A DNA stretch of 64,000 nt, taken from assembly GCA_964016885.1 (NCBI GenBank), contig OZ024743.1:291772001-291836000 (forward strand), given 5' to 3'. A program made the translations under genes and the position numbers. Numbering within the stretch: position 1 is the stretch's first letter; every line of letters starts with the position of its first letter. The DNA comes from Eledone cirrhosa (lineage: Eukaryota). The notes under the pieces are model-generated. The model was not told the origin of the DNA. It searched no databases and saw only the letters and a list, made by a program, of their open reading frames with translations. Of the stretch, positions 38,331 through 53,601 are shown piece after piece.

Positions 38331-38723
38331 GAGGGGGAGAGAGAGATAGAGAGAGAGAATGATAGGGAGAGAGAAAGAGACAGAGAGAGAGAAGCTAGAA
38401 TATTCATAACCACTACAGAATTTGCTGAGCTATCAACATTTGATAGGTTGCTGAAGAAATTTTCAAAATTTCCTCGCAAACAGAACTATTTAATTTTCAA
38501 ATACACCTCACGTGATATATGTATCTATATATTCTTATGCAAATCATATTTCCACGGCTTCATGATCTATGCGGTAACGGAAGGAATTTGGATACAGATA
38601 ATGAAGTTTTAGTATTATCGAATAATTTAACAAGCTTTAATTGTAGTTTTTTTTTTTATGTACCGTTATGTAGGAAATGAACTACAAATGTACGCATCTT
38701 CTAATGGCTTCAGAGCTTAATAG

Positions 38724-38926
38724 TTATGTAATAAACAACATAAGGTAATTATTTCATTTACCAGTGGTTTCTTGAAAGCAAACACATTTTGCTTTCAATC
38801 ATCAGAATGAAATCCTGGTGTCTAGACACCAGGATTTTTTCATTCTGATGATTGAAAGCAACATTTGTTTGCTGTCAAGAAACCACTGGTAAATGAAATA
38901 ATTAACTTATGTTGTTTATTACATAA
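38724..38926. repeat. Spacerless ~200-bp palindrome made of two tail-out HHR-bearing pLTR fragments
   Basis: Centre GGTGTCTAGACACC (axis 38823/38824); related single copy at ~56162-56270 (-). Confidence 0.9.
38839..38897 (+). ncRNA. Type I hammerhead ribozyme (inverted copy 38753-38811)
   Basis: TTCATT-CTGATGA-TTGAaAGCAA..TTGCTgTCAA-GAAACCACTGG-TA-AATGAA; GUA triplet. Confidence 0.85.
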
Positions 38927-39154
38927 ATATATATATATATATATATACGCACACATTTCTTCTTCGCTACATACGGACGTATAATAATACACACACACTC
39001 ACACACACACACACTCATGCTTACGCACGTCCACAAGTTTAGCTCTTTTTACAAAACGTTTTTTTTTTCCATTTCAGGTAGAAGCGCTCCATCATCCGCT
39101 TTTCTAAAAAAATAAGTCGCCAGCATCCACAATTTTGCAAGAGATGTCAACATG

Positions 39155-39357
39155 AATGGACCTGTTATTTTTATCTAAAGACATTTTTTCCAATTCCATC
39201 CCACCCGTCTCCTCAATCTATATTATTTCTCATTCTTTGTTCTGATGAAGAACTAGCGTCCGAAACATTACAACCCTCTTCCTGCTATATTAAGCGTTAA
39301 CCTAATATATCCCTTCCATATACTGTACCGATTGTGTTGTTATTTCTGTTTACCTTT

Positions 39358-39362
<5 letters not shown>
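39155..39362 (+). mobile_element. pLTR-like fragment with degenerate HHR (homolog at ~61765-61978)
   Basis: Two diverged ~210-bp copies, both with CTGATGA..CC-GAAAC and both followed by a microsatellite. Confidence 0.6.
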
Positions 39363-39880
<518 letters not shown>

Positions 39881-40207
39881 TGGTATTTCTATTCACAATT
39901 AAGTTTGAGAAACAACAACAAGTTGTCTGGGTGATCGGTAGTTACCAGAATTCCGGTTTGTATTTATTTTCTTATTTTTTTCTTATATTGAGATAAGCGA
40001 ACCCCATTGTCCATAGTAATATTCTTTTCACCTTAGCGAACCAGGTCCCTTATGATTTAACACATATATGTATATGTCCCTGTTCGTTTTTCTTTTATAT
40101 TATAATATACGGCTCAGAAATATCTCTTTCTTGGAGCTATTTTATTGTAAGAGACTATTTTGAGTTCCTAACTCAATATGTATAACTTTGATATATATAT
40201 ATATATA

Positions 40208-40279
<72 letters not shown>

Positions 40280-40394
40280 CGTGTGTGTGTCTTTGTATTA
40301 CATACACACACATATTGTATGCACTCACATATAGAGATACATAGACAATGATGTATTTTTCAGTTCGTGTGATGTAAGTGTGTGCATTTTCTTC

Positions 40395-40425
<31 letters not shown>

Positions 40426-40984
40426 TGGCAACACTCACCTATTTTGATAAACTAGATGTTTTCACTTGCTTCATACGAACTTACACTAATTTTGCTTTTT
40501 TCCCGCCCTCTATCTATTGATTTGTTTATCTATCTATCCATCTACCTATCCATCTATCTAACACTTGTCTCCTGCTACTTCCTGTAGCCAGACCATTGAT
40601 TTGGCCTTTCCACCGGTAGCGCTGTTCAACAGCGGACATAATATCCTCGCACCGGATTTCATCGAAGAAAGTCAATATTTCCCTGCTTCTGGCGTCTGTT
40701 GTTAATTCAATTCTAGTAGTAGTAAATTTTCTTGTACGTATCTCATTTGGGCAAAAGACAGCCGGGAACTTTTCCTGTCTATTATTTAGCTCTTTATCGT
40801 CTCACATGATTCACATCAGCAGAGCGAACCTCGATCTGTTGTACATTGGCATTACAAGTACAGCGTCACCTTAACGTGCAGCACTGTATTGCCGCAAGAT
40901 GGCTGACTAGTCAATGCTGTATTTGTATCTTCGTATTACGTAATAGTAATGATGTTATACATACATATATATATATATATATGT

Positions 40985-41250
40985 ATAACATCATTTGGCA
41001 GACACATAATATGGACGGTGCTGTCTGGTTGGCCATATTCTGCGTCTGCCAAATGAACGGCATTCGAAAACACCGATAATCTGGACTCCGCCTGGCGGTA
41101 AATGGAGGCAGGGTTGCCCAAGGATCACCTGGCGACGAACGTTCCGGAAGGACTGATGGCAGCCAACATCACTTGGCTTGGTCTCGAAAAAGTTGCCGCT
41201 GATCGTGACTGTTGATGCGCCGAACGGCGCGGAAGAATCTAAGACTAAGA
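40985..41250 (+). mobile_element. RTE LINE 3' end relic
   Basis: Near-contiguous translation GHILRLPNERHSKTPIIWTPPGGKWRQGCPRITWRRTF resembles the RTE C-terminal W.GH..R..GRP..TW motif; ends CTAAGACTAAGA. Confidence 0.72.
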
Positions 41251-44200
41251 TATATATGCGTGTGTGTGTGTATTCATAATTCGGTTTTGTATTTATTTTG
41301 CATGATGTGCAAAAGTGTCTTGAAATAGATATTATTATACATTGGGTGGGTCATGCTGCCAATACAACCCACGCACCTGGAACTTGACTCTCCAAACCTC
41401 TCTCTCACTCTGTGAGAAAATGAGTCGAGTGGACACTTCAGACGTGCAGCCATAACGCACCCTCTCCCGGTTTGCGATTTACATGATAAACGCATCCAGC
41501 CACAGAAAGCTTGCCAAACAAGGGGTTATGAGTGTCCTTCACTTGTGTGAAATATATGACAATCTCTCCTGTGAACACGGTAGAATGTGAGACCATACGT
41601 AAGTGTGATGCATATTCCTGAACTGTCTAGAAGTTCAGTAATCCCGCTTCAGTACTGATTTGGTCTATGTAGACCTGTTCAACCCTTGCTCGCAGGGAAT
41701 ATGGAGGTTAAATGATGATGTTGATGATGATGATGTAAACTGGAGGAACTTAAAATATATTGTCTTGCTGAAAGACATAACACACTACCCGGTCTGCTAA
41801 TATAATTCACCACCTCATGATTGTGAATCCAACGTTCTAACCTTATTCTGAGCTTAGGTCTTCAATACACTTAGTCAACCATGTCTATGTTAGAAGGCAT
41901 TTTTTCAAAATGCCGGATTTTGTAACTGAACCCAGAACATATGAAGCTTACGGCCATGCCAGCCTGCATTGAAATCTATTTCTGACATACACTTTTGTAT
42001 ATTATCTTTTTATTTCAGCAGGAAATCACTGCCATGTATTTACCTTTAGTAAAATTCCAAGTAGGTGATGGAAGATCTTTACCATTTGTTATAAGTGAAT
42101 CAAAGAACATTCTCCGGTGATATACTTTTACCAATAATACCTTTTAACATGAGCTGTTCGAAAATATATATGTGGATATGAATTTAAATTGTGTAAATTG
42201 TCAATGGTTGCAATCGCTACCTGTAAATCGTTTTATTACTACAAAACTTCGATTTAACGATGAAACCGTTGTGGCAAACTGACATTTTAGAAATAGCAAC
42301 CTCATAATCTATGTTCTTCAATCCAATGTGAGTCTCAAAGATGTTACCTGACATGTAAAAAATGGCAGAAGAATCACCCTCACTCAAATCACGCCTAAGT
42401 AAATTTACCCTTAAATATTAAATAAATATATTATCATCAAATAATGTAGACCTATATTTACTGTATCCGTAAACGGACTAGATTGTCATTGCTGATATCC
42501 TTTCAATCAAATGTCTACTGTATCACCTCTTAACTTGGCTAAAGTACAAAACAGTAATATGGATAATGTACTCATATATACATTATTTGAAAATAAGATG
42601 GGATATGCATGACCGGAACGTATTTGATTATTGTACTATTCAATCATGCTCTATGTGGATTCAAACAGTAGTATCGTAAATTGTTTCGAAAATAAGATTT
42701 GTAAGTTGTTCGAGCAGCAGAACGTTCTATTCGATACTTTTACATATAAATAGCGGTGTAGGCCAGAGACCCATATGTCCTAAATAGAGAGCTCCGGGAC
42801 AATTAGTGTAACAATGTGAGTAACATTGCTATTTCTTGGAAATGCAGTTACAATCCATCTAAAGTACTTCCAATCAGATGCCGTGTACCCAAATGCACTT
42901 ACAAAACACAGGTCGATTGGAGGCTGTGGTGAGATATACTTGCTTCAAGTTGCAACGCAATGTGACAACGAGACAACATTTTACTATGAAGCAAACCTAA
43001 CAATTCTGCATTTAATTTCGGCCATTAAATTATGTAGAATAGGTCATACTTATTTGAATGTGGAGCACTAGCAATATAGTAGAGAATCTAGTAGATTTCT
43101 TTGAAAACGTATTCTGTCCACGGTGGACGTAGTTTTTCAGAATTGAGTTTGTTATCGCAGTTTCATAGAATTATAATTTTTAAGAGCTTTATTTAATAAC
43201 TACAAATGCTTTTCTAACTCGATATAAGTCTCGTACTGACTTAAAATGTTACTTTGACGTTTTGAACATCTAATAACGGTACTAGAATGCAGATAAAGGG
43301 CTGATAACGATGGATCCTCCTTCGGTGCTTATTATGAAACTTCGGTTTTTCGATCAACTGACCGTCTACAACTCCTGAATTAACATGTATGTGGTACAGT
43401 AATCCATATATACTTGTCCGTTTAACGGAATTCCCATGCAGAAACAGCCTGCCACATTGTGACTAGGCTGGGCCTTTGAATTACAGTTACAATCCATGTG
43501 ATAGTCTTTCGACTGTTTTCATCTACCAAATTTTACTGACTCGTCTTGCGTCTACCAAGGTTAGGGGACAGGCATCTGCGCAAATGTCTAACCGCAGGAT
43601 CGAAACAGGAACCTTATGATTGTGAAGGAAATTTACTAACCAATCACTGACCATGGTTTGCTGAAGATAAACTACAATGCAAATACTACTGACTCTCCAA
43701 ATTCAAACCTAAAGGAAACGTTTAAGTTTTATTGATCTCGACGTAATGAATATCTTAATCACTATTACTGAGTTTCAAACGACAATCGAAAATGCAGTGA
43801 AACAGTTGAGAATTTATCCAGTTTCCAATCGGGTGGTCGTAGTAATAGATGGTTTGAATTTGACATCTAAACTCTTCAATGACGAAAGATAAATTAAGTG
43901 TCAGGATTAATCGCCTACCAGAGAGATCGTTGATGCAGAGTAACAGACACATTTATTTGTCGTTCGATCGAGTCATTGACATAGCTATATGTGTCTGTCT
44001 GTATATCAACGTGTGTGGTTACGCATATGTGTTTGCGTATATATATATATGTGTGTCTATTGTCATTCTCAGTAGTCTTTCTAATACGAAATATTGGTTT
44101 CTAACATTAAGGAATTTAATAATAACATTTATTTCAAGGATATACCTGGATGTAATCTTGCTTTATCTCCAAGCAACTTTAAATCTAGAGCCATTATAGA

Positions 44201-44255
44201 CACACAGACGTATACAAACACACACATACACTTATATATATATATATAAAAACAT

Positions 44256-44343
<88 letters not shown>

Positions 44344-44445
44344 GTGAGTGTGTGTGTGTGTATGTGTCTATATCTACATATATATATATATAAATATATT
44401 TATATATATACATATATATATACATGATATATATATATAAGTATA

Positions 44446-44544
<99 letters not shown>

Positions 44545-44946
44545 ATTTATATATGTATATATATTGGTGCTGACGTGTGACCTTAAGCATAACAATTTCT
44601 TCAGCACACGGAGTAGGGATAAAAGAACAAGGGTCGTACAGGCTGTTTTGGAAACGAAAGCTAACACGTGATTCTACAGGTGAAAGATAACTTCCCATTC
44701 AAAGGTATCCTGACTTTCGAATATGAGAAACTAAAATGTGACGGATCTTCTTACTTTGGAGTTGGACCTGTGCTCACACAGGCTCATCAGACGAGACAAA
44801 ATATATATCTGGTACCTGGTTAATCCCTATAATAAACAGGCTCATTACATAGCCATATTACAGAATATTTAAGATTGATCTCGGTACTAAGTATTCATTC
44901 TCACGTCCTGCAACATCACACGGACATATATATATGTAAATATATA

Positions 44947-45045
<99 letters not shown>

Positions 45046-45077
45046 AGATCAAAAGATGGTTAAAGGAATTCCATGTA

Positions 45078-45144
45078 TTTTATTATGCGCATTTCAAAAA
45101 CAAACATCATCATGCAATAATATTTGTGTTTTCATCAGATAAAA
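45078..45144 (-). ncRNA. Type I hammerhead ribozyme motif (family E; other copies 48350-48416 + and 57594-57660 +)
   Basis: TTTTAT-CTGATGA-AAAcACAAATATTAT..ATGATGTTTGTtTTT-GAAATGCGCA-TA-ATAAAA. Confidence 0.82.
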
Positions 45145-46630
45145 CAGGAGAACATGATATGAAGGCTAAAAAACACTTGTGGATAGTGCAGTTTTAAATC
45201 AACATATGAAAAGTGGTTTTAGATTGATGTGTGATATTGGGAAAAATATTTTATTTAGAGAGGGGGGGGGGAAAGGATGAAAAAGGGGAGGAGATGAGAG
45301 GGAGAGATGGGTGATAGAGAGAAAGAGATAGTTTTTTATAACTGAGAGGAGATATATTGTTTTACATAGAGAGGTTGAAAACCGTTGGAAGATAATGTAT
45401 AAATTAAAAAGATTTGAAAATTAACGAAGGGAGGATATGTGCGAGGAAAAAATATTTTATTTAGGGAGGGGGGGTGGAAAGGACGAAAAAAGGGGGAGGA
45501 GATGAGAGTGAAGGTGGAGAGGGAGAGATGGGTGATATAGAGAAAGAGATAGTTTTTATAACTGAGAAAAAGATATATTGTTTTACATAGAGAGGTTGAG
45601 AACCGTTGGAAGATAATGTATAAATTAAAGGAATTTGAAAATTAACGAAGGGAATTTATGTATGAAGATAGAGAGAAAAAATAATAATTGTGGATGAATA
45701 TTCTAACGTCAAAAAAAGTGTATGTTGATAAGTATTGTGGCATTTCAAAATTAACGAAGAGAAAAATTTATTAAGGTTTGTGTGTAGAAGGATTTGAGAA
45801 AAATAATGTGAAGTTAAAGTTTGTATATTGAAGGAATTGATAATATATGCGAATAAAGAGTTAATATGTATTAAGAATGAGTTCGTTGATGGGGAGAAAA
45901 AAATAATAAATTAAGGATGAAAATTGAGATTAAAAAGATTTATGATAGAGAGAAAAAATAATAATGATTGCGGATGAATATTCTAACGTCAAAAAAACAA
46001 ATGTATATGTTATGAAGGATTTTACAAGGTGAAGATAGAATGAGGGTAATGAGTAAACAAGTATTATAGAGTGTATAATGCCCTTTAAAGTATGGTAGGA
46101 AGATGGGTATATTTTAAAGAGGTGTATGTATATGTGCCTTTGAGAAAAGATTCTAAATTGATAAAGAATTGAATATTAACTGTATACTTTGTGAAAAGTC
46201 CTATGGAATTTATGCAGGCAGATAGAAAACAAATCTGTACGTCTATTTATTATAGAATCTAGGTTAGAGATAATGGTAAATTTTTCATTTAAGCAGAGAT
46301 TACAGATTTTAGATAGAGAGCTGTTCAAGTATGAGGATGCAGAAGAAACCTTCTTCCAAAAGATGGTATATTTAATGTTTTTAAGGACCATATGAGTTCT
46401 GAGAGAGCAGTGTTGGTTCTTTTAAGTTTGTATTTGAAAGATGAATGATGATTATAGAGACGAGCTTTAAAAGAGGTGGAAGTGGAGCCAAAATAGGTGA
46501 AGGAATTGGTGCTAGTTATAATTTTACATTCATAAATTAAGTTTTTATCGAGACAATGGTTGTTGAGAGGACATTTATTTTTAATGCGGCAGTTGCAATT
46601 GGAGAGATTATTAATGAGTGATCTAGTGTT

Positions 46631-47324
46631 ACACAACAATAAAATACTAAATACTAAATCTCTTCCTTCCAACATTGAATTTCATAATAACAGTAATAGT
46701 ACTCCCGACGTCATTGTAAACCCTAGGATAACTTCTGTAAACCCAAATACAACGTCAAACACAACTTCGTTAAATGTTCATAATCCAACTCTAAATCAAG
46801 AAACTATTATTCCTATTATTCCTATCGCAAACAACTTCTCCAATCCAATTCCTTCTATAGATAACACTAGGTCACTCATTAATAATCTCTCTAATTGTAA
46901 CTGCCGCATTAAAAATAAATGTCCTCTCAACAACCATTGTCTCGATAAAAACTTAATTTATGAATGTAAAATTATAACTAGCACCAATTCCTTCACCTAT
47001 TTTGGCTCCACTTCCACCTCTTTTAAAGCTCGTCTCTATAATCATCATTCATCTTTCAAATACAAACTGAAAAGAACCAACACTGCTCTCTCAGAACTCA
47101 TATGGTCCTTAAAAGACAAAAATATTAAATATACCATCTTTTGGAAGAAGGTTTCTTCTGCATCCTCATACTTGAATAGCTCTCTATCTAAAATCTGTAA
47201 TCTCTGCCTAAATGAAAAATTTACCATTATCTCTAACCTAGATTCTATAATAAATAGACGTACAGATTTGTTTTCTATCTGCCTGCATAAATTCCATAGG
47301 ACTTTTCACAAAGTATACAGTTAA
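46631..47324 (+). pseudogene. PLE linker + GIY-YIG endonuclease, 5' truncated (frameshifted inverted copy 46176-46630)
   Basis: CNCRIKNKCPLNNHCLDKNLIYECKI..TYFGSTSTSFKARLYNHHSSF..CNLCLNEKFTI; preceded by an N/P/T/S-rich linker. Confidence 0.88.
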
Positions 47325-48539
47325 TATTCAATTCTTTATCAATTTAGAATCTTTTCTCAAAGGCACATATACATACACCTCTTTAAAATATACCCATCTT
47401 CCTACCATACTTTAAAGGGCATTATACACTCTATAATACTTGTTTACTCATTACCCTCATTCTATCTTCACCTTGTAAAATCCTTCATAACATATACATT
47501 TGTTTTTTTGACGTTAGAATATTCATCCGCAATCATTATTATTTTTTCTCTCTATCATAAATCTTGTTAATCTCAATTTCATCCTTAATTTATTATTTTT
47601 TTCTCCCCATCAACGAACTCATTCTTAATACATATTAACTCTTTATTCGCATATATTATCAATTCCTTCAATATACAAACTTTAACTTCACATTATTTTT
47701 CTCAAATCCTTATACACACAAACCTTAATAATTTATCTCTTCGTTAATTTTGAAATTGCCACAATACTTATCAACATACACTTTTTTTGACGTTAGAATA
47801 TTCATCCACAATTATTATTTTTTCTCTCTATCTTCATACATAAATTCCCTTCGTTAATTTTCAAATTCCTTTAATTTATACATTATCTTCCAACGGTTCT
47901 CAACCTCTCTATGTAAAACAATATATCTTTTTCTCAGTTATAAAAACTATCTCTTTCTCTCTATCACCCATCTCTCCCTCTCCACCTTCACTCTCATCTC
48001 CTCCCCCTTTTTTCATCCTCCCCCCCCCTCCCTAAATAAAATATTTTTTCATCGCACATATCCTCCCTTCGTTAATTTTCAAATTTTTTTAATTTATACA
48101 TTATCTTCCAACGGTTTTCAACCTCTCTATGTAAAACAATATATCTCCTCGCAGTTATAAAAACTATCTCTTTCTCTCTATCACCCATCTCTCCCTCTCA
48201 TCTCCTCCCCTTTTTCATCCTTTCCACCCCACTCTCTAAATAAAATATTTTTCCCAATATCACACATCAATCTAAAACCACTTTTCATATGTTGATTTAA
48301 AACTGCACTATCCACAAGTGTTTTTTAGCCTTCATATCATGTTCTCCTGTTTGATCTGATGAAAACACAAATATTATTGCATGATGATGTTTGTTTTTGA
48401 AATGCGCATAATAAAATACATGGAACTCCTTTAACCATCTTTTGATCTTATATTATGTATACTTCAGTCCTACAAACTGTAGAGTGCTTCTTATCCGATA
48501 TCTGCATTGCTTTATTGTACTACAATAAAACTCACCTCC

Positions 48540-48574
<35 letters not shown>

Positions 48575-48630
48575 ATAGTCAGGACACCGATGGCTAAGCT
48601 TCGGCCGTTTCGTCAGCTACATCCGAACCG

Positions 48631-48768
<138 letters not shown>

Positions 48769-49075
48769 GTATATATATAGTTTAAGAGTAACTAATCTTA
48801 AAGAGAGAGATGGAGATAAGAGAGGAGAGATTGGTGAATTAGTTAGAAGCCAAAGCGTAAAACCATGTGCTCAATGTGCAATATGCAGTGGAAGGCAGCT
48901 AGGTGGCTGGGTTCATGCAGAGGTTAGGTGCACAGAGCTGGAAATATTCATTAGTTAAGCAAAACAAGACCAGAATTTTACAAGGAAGACATTATTAAAA
49001 GAATTGTCAACATATTTTAGGTTGATGTAAGGAATGTAGAGAATAATAATAATAATATTAATAATGATAATGTCC

Positions 49076-49194
49076 GTTTACAATTCTTTCGCTACTCCAT
49101 ATAATATTTCTGGATCAAATGATTATAGATCATTATTGATCTGGTTCAGTTGAAAATAATTAACATAGGTAAAACTAGAGCAGCTCATCGGAAC
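49076..49194 (-). ncRNA. Type I HHR-like motif with CCGAUGA core and large stem II insertion (second copy 52407-52525)
   Basis: GTT-CCGATGA-GCTGCTC..~80 nt..GAGTAGC-GAAA(C/G)AATTG-TA-AAC. Confidence 0.65.
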
Positions 49195-49639
49195 TTCAAA
49201 AGGAATATAAATTAAAATAAGAAAGAATGTTACATAATGTAATTTTCCATATATTGCCATTTCGCTATGGTGTCCTGGGTATTTTAATTGTCTGCTATAG
49301 TCGAGCAGTATTCTTCTGTCGTGGCTGCATTGTGTGAGATCTGCCTATGGGTAACAATATGGCCGCCAATGGACATATTTTCCTTACTAATTAGAGGGTG
49401 GTTTCAGGGGAAGTAACGCCTCGAGAGATTACAAATTGTGAGTATTTTATAGTTATGTGCTAATTATTTAATTTGTTAATTGAGAGGAAATGTAAGGGAG
49501 GCAACTTATAATTATCCAAGTTAGCTATAACCATTTAACTTATTAGCTACAAGTAAAGATGGGGCTATATGACTATGTTGGGTCAAATATTCTGTTGGCG
49601 AAGGAATTAGCCCTTCGATGTTGACAGCTAATAATTACC

Positions 49640-52050
49640 TCCGTTCTATCGTTAATCGGTAGAGGTCGTGATAGAACTATGTAATATGTTTCGGTAAGAC
49701 AGGGGTCACAAGATTTTCTTCGTCCATTGAACGGTTGGGCCCTAGCCAAGATATCCCATGTTAGTGAGTGTTCAATGTTGGTTAATTTAAGGTTTTTAAT
49801 GAGCCTAGCTAGAGATGTCGAACAGCTGTTAATGTCTCGGGAGGAAAAAGAGTGCGCGTTATAGCGTACCTTAAAATGGGTAGAAGTAGACCCGATATAG
49901 GCGCTTGTATGCGAAGCAGTTTTAACTGTGCACCTATAAATTATATTGGGTGTCAGGCAATGTCCATTTAGTGGGCATGCATTAGGGTAACGGCAGTTGC
50001 AGTTACTTCTGCGGTTAGAGAGAGTAGGGTTGTTTAACCTAAGCGGTTGGTCAGTGCTAGAAGGATTAGCTGGGGGAGGTGTGCTACTCGAGTAAGTATT
50101 GGTGCAGTGGCGTGGGGTATTTGATGGGGGTGGTGTTACCGCGGTGTGGGAGTTATACTGTCTTAGTTTATGATGGTTTCTGAATGCGATATGGCTAGCT
50201 AGGTTAGGTGTTGTGGAGAATGAGATTTTAATGTTATTTTTATTAAAGACTTTGTAATATCTATGGTTGGAGGAGGGAATGTTTAGATAGGATATATAAG
50301 AAGCGTTTAGGGATATTAGTGGCTAGAAATAGATGAGAATGAGGCGTTAAGCCAGGTGATATTTCTACGCCTATTCCTGCTACGGGTTCTAGTGGAGTTG
50401 GTAGGGGCCTTCATAGGGTTATTATTACCTGGGCGTTTGTTATTTGTCATCCCATTGTTCATTCCTATTCTAGGGTTGATTTTTTGTTTGCTACTTGGAG
50501 TGGGTAACAGGCCACTGCCACCATTAAGGTTCCCTGTATAAGTGCTGTTACTGCTAAAATTCCGGCGAATCTGGCTATATGCTAAGGTATTTCTAGTTCT
50601 AGTGTCAAGTTTATTATGGTTGTGGTGAAGTGCTGTGTTATGGCATTTAGGTATGTATTAAATGGACTGTTCATAACCCGATTCAGAAAGAGCCTTATTA
50701 AAATATGCCACATTGTTTATAAATATAGATAGATTTGATTACTGCTCTGATGACTGCCGGTGGGTGGTTAGAATGTGGGCTAATATATGTAAGTATTTCA
50801 CCTGGTTTATGATAAGGGTAATATAAGTTTTTGTTAAGATCCAGGGTAACGTCTAGGAAGTTTACTACTGTATGGTTCGGCTCGATGGTGATAGAGAGAC
50901 CGTTATTTTTAAAGAATCTATGTAATTGTTTTTTGAGCAAGTCAATGCCTCGATTAGTGCAATTGTGGACTGCAAATAGTGCGTCGTCCCTATATATTCC
51001 GCCTTGCAAGGATTGGATTTCAGCTCTGATGTTATGTAATAGGTAAATTCCAACTAAATCGGTGATTTGTGCAGAGTCACTTGAGCCCATCGTGATTTAA
51101 AGTTGTCGGCTCTGACTTTTCTAGTCCAGAGTGCTCCGTTGAATTCAATGATGGTCTACCTAGCCATAAGTATGATTTCAATCTCATTATTGGTTATGTC
51201 AGAGTTAGTGCTGGCTAGGGTTAATGCTTTGTTGAGCAGTGCCGGGTTATTAAAGCGTAATAGGTGTAAATGTCAAATTGGATGAACCTCATAGATTCCT
51301 TGGACCTTAGATCGGAGAACCATCTAATGACTTGGCCGGTGTTGGACCACAACTTGTAGGTGGTATCTCGTAGCCCAGGGATGATCCTTTCAAGGATGTT
51401 CTTACTGATACGACCCAAGTCGGATGTGGTTGGGCTTATAAATCTAATAGATGGGTTCTCTATAAAGTTTGGCTTGTGATCCTTGAGAGAAAACCTTGTG
51501 GTTGTAGGTACATAAGGGTGGGTAAATATATCTAGATGCAAGTCCTTAACCAAAGCCTGGGCCTTTCGGATAAGTAAGTTTACACTGGTGGGTATAGATT
51601 TTTTTATAGTTTTTTATTAAGTTTCTTAAGGAGGAAAGAGTTGTAAGTTTCAGGAGTCATGGTGTATAGATTTTTAGTTCTGTCCGACATAACATGTAAG
51701 AGGTGGTTATCTTAAAAATTTGTTATAGTTGTTGCTAATATTGTGAGGAAATTATTCTTGTGTCTATAATGCTTTTTGAATTTAATACACCTGACGAAGT
51801 TAAATAGAACTTGCTCAAAAGGGTCCAGCAGGATGTTGTGTGGAGGGTACTTGCAGGTGGTAAATCCATATCTGTTTGCTGTACTTCCGGCGTCAGCAGC
51901 ACCCGCACGATCGAAGTGGAAGGCTTTCCATCGTATTCTTTCGGATGAAAGAGTTGACACTCTGTATTAGGAGATTGAGGTATGTCTTCCTGTCCGGGAT
52001 AGGTATGGACATAAGTGACGTCCTGAGTTCCTGCTGGCTCAATATGGCGA
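49640..52050 (-). pseudogene. PLE RT + GIY-YIG polyprotein, disrupted
   Basis: RIRWKAFHFD, FSLKDHKPNF..IRFISPTTSDLGRISK, FIQFDI, MGSSDSAQITDLVG, GGIYRDDAL, VNFLDVTLDL, CNCRYPNACPLNGHCLTPNIIYRC..AYIGSTST. Confidence 0.9.
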
Positions 52051-53504
52051 CTTCTAACAGTAAATAGCTCAACTACGGGAGCTCAAGTATTCAGAGTTCA
52101 AGAGTAACCAAACTTAAAGAGAGAGATGGAGATAGGAGAGGAGATAGGAGAAGTGAGATTGGTGAATTAGTTAGAAGCCAAAGCGTAAAAGCATGTGCTC
52201 AATGTGCAATATTCAGTGGAAGGCAGCTAGATGGCTGGGTTCATGCAGAGGTTAGGTGCACAGAGCTGGAAATATATTCATTAGTTAAGCAAAATAAGAC
52301 CACACATTTCATAAGGAAGACATTATTAACAGAATTGTAAAACATATTTAGTTTGATGTAAGGAATGTAGAGAATAATAATAATAATATTAATAATGATA
52401 ATATCCGTTTACAATTGTTTCGCTACTCCATATAATATTCCTGGATCAAATGATTATAGATCATTATTGATCTGGTTCAGTTGAAAATAATTAACATAGG
52501 TAAAACTAGAGCAGCTCAACGGAACTTCAAAATCAATATAAATTAAAATAAGGAAAGAATGTTACATAATGTAATGTTCCATATATTGCTATTTCACTAT
52601 GGTGTCCTGGGTATATCCATTGTCTGCCATAGTCGAGCAGTATTCGTCTATCGAGGCTGCTTTGTGTGAGATCTGCCTATGGGTAACAAGATGGCCGCCA
52701 ATGGACATATTTTCCTTAAACATTAGAGGGTGTTTTCAGGGGAGGTAACTCCTCGAGAGATTAGAAATTGTGAGTATTTTATAGTTAAGTGATAATTATT
52801 TAAATTTTTAGTTGAGAGACAATGTAAGGGAGGTAACTTAAAATTATCCAAGTTAGCTATAACCAATTAACTTATTAGCTACAAGTAAAGATGGGGCTAT
52901 ATGACTATGTTGGGTTAAATATTCTGTTGGCGAAGGAATTAGCCCTTCGATGTTGACAGCAAATAATTACCTCCGTTCAATCGTTAATCGTCCATTGAAC
53001 GGTTGGGCCCAAGCCAAGATATCCCATGCTAGTAAGAGTTCAATGTTGGTTAATTTAAGGTTGTTAATGAGCCTAGCTAGAGATGTCGAACAGCAAGTTG
53101 TTAGTGTCTCGGAAGGAAAAAGAGTGCGCGTTATAGCATACCTTAAAATGGTTAGGAGCTTGTATGCGAAGCAGTTTTAACTGTGCACCTATAAACTATA
53201 TTGGGTGTCAGGCAATGTCCATTTAGTGGGCATGCATTAGGGTAACGGAAGTTGTAGTTACTTCTGCGGTTAGTGAGAGTAGGGTTGTTTAACCTAAGCA
53301 GTTGGTCAGTGCTAGAAGGATTAGATGGGGGGGGTATGCTACTAGAGTAAGTATTGGTGTAGTGGCGTGGTGTATTTGATGGGGTGATGGTACCGCGGTG
53401 TGGGAGTTATACTGTCTTAGTTTATGATGTTATGCGATGTGGCTAGCTAGGATAGGTGTTGTGGAGAATGTTGTGAAATGTGTGGTCTTGTTTTGATTAA
53501 CTAA

Positions 53505-53601
<97 letters not shown>

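Larger units (their letters stand above)
45040..48542. mobile_element. Tail-out inverted PLE insertion (family E): ~1.6-kb arms 45040-46630 and 46862-48455
   Basis: Arms are near-identical reverse complements, each with endonuclease, long 3' UTR with internal duplications and HHR; (TA)n on both sides. Confidence 0.93.
48781..53510 (-). mobile_element. Penelope-like element family B, full length, with ~1.4-kb direct pLTRs (48790-50225 and 52100-53470) and a ~40-bp 5' inversion
   Basis: Direct repeat visible; 53472-53510 is the reverse complement of ~52274-52312; (TA)n on both sides. Confidence 0.9.

Noticed and set aside
42019-42060. Possible 42-nt host exon (TTTCAG|..QEITAMYLPLVKFQ..|GTAGGT)
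   Set aside because: Splice signals are plausible but there is no recognisable homology or partner exon; it needs RNA-seq.
44630-44800. Minus-strand CTGATGA followed by a hairpin
   Set aside because: I could not assemble a convincing GAAA, stem III and cleavage triplet; possibly a decayed HHR.
46560-46630. N-terminus of the 254-aa ORF 46560-47324
   Set aside because: It is the antisense of the inverted left arm read across the junction, not a real start.
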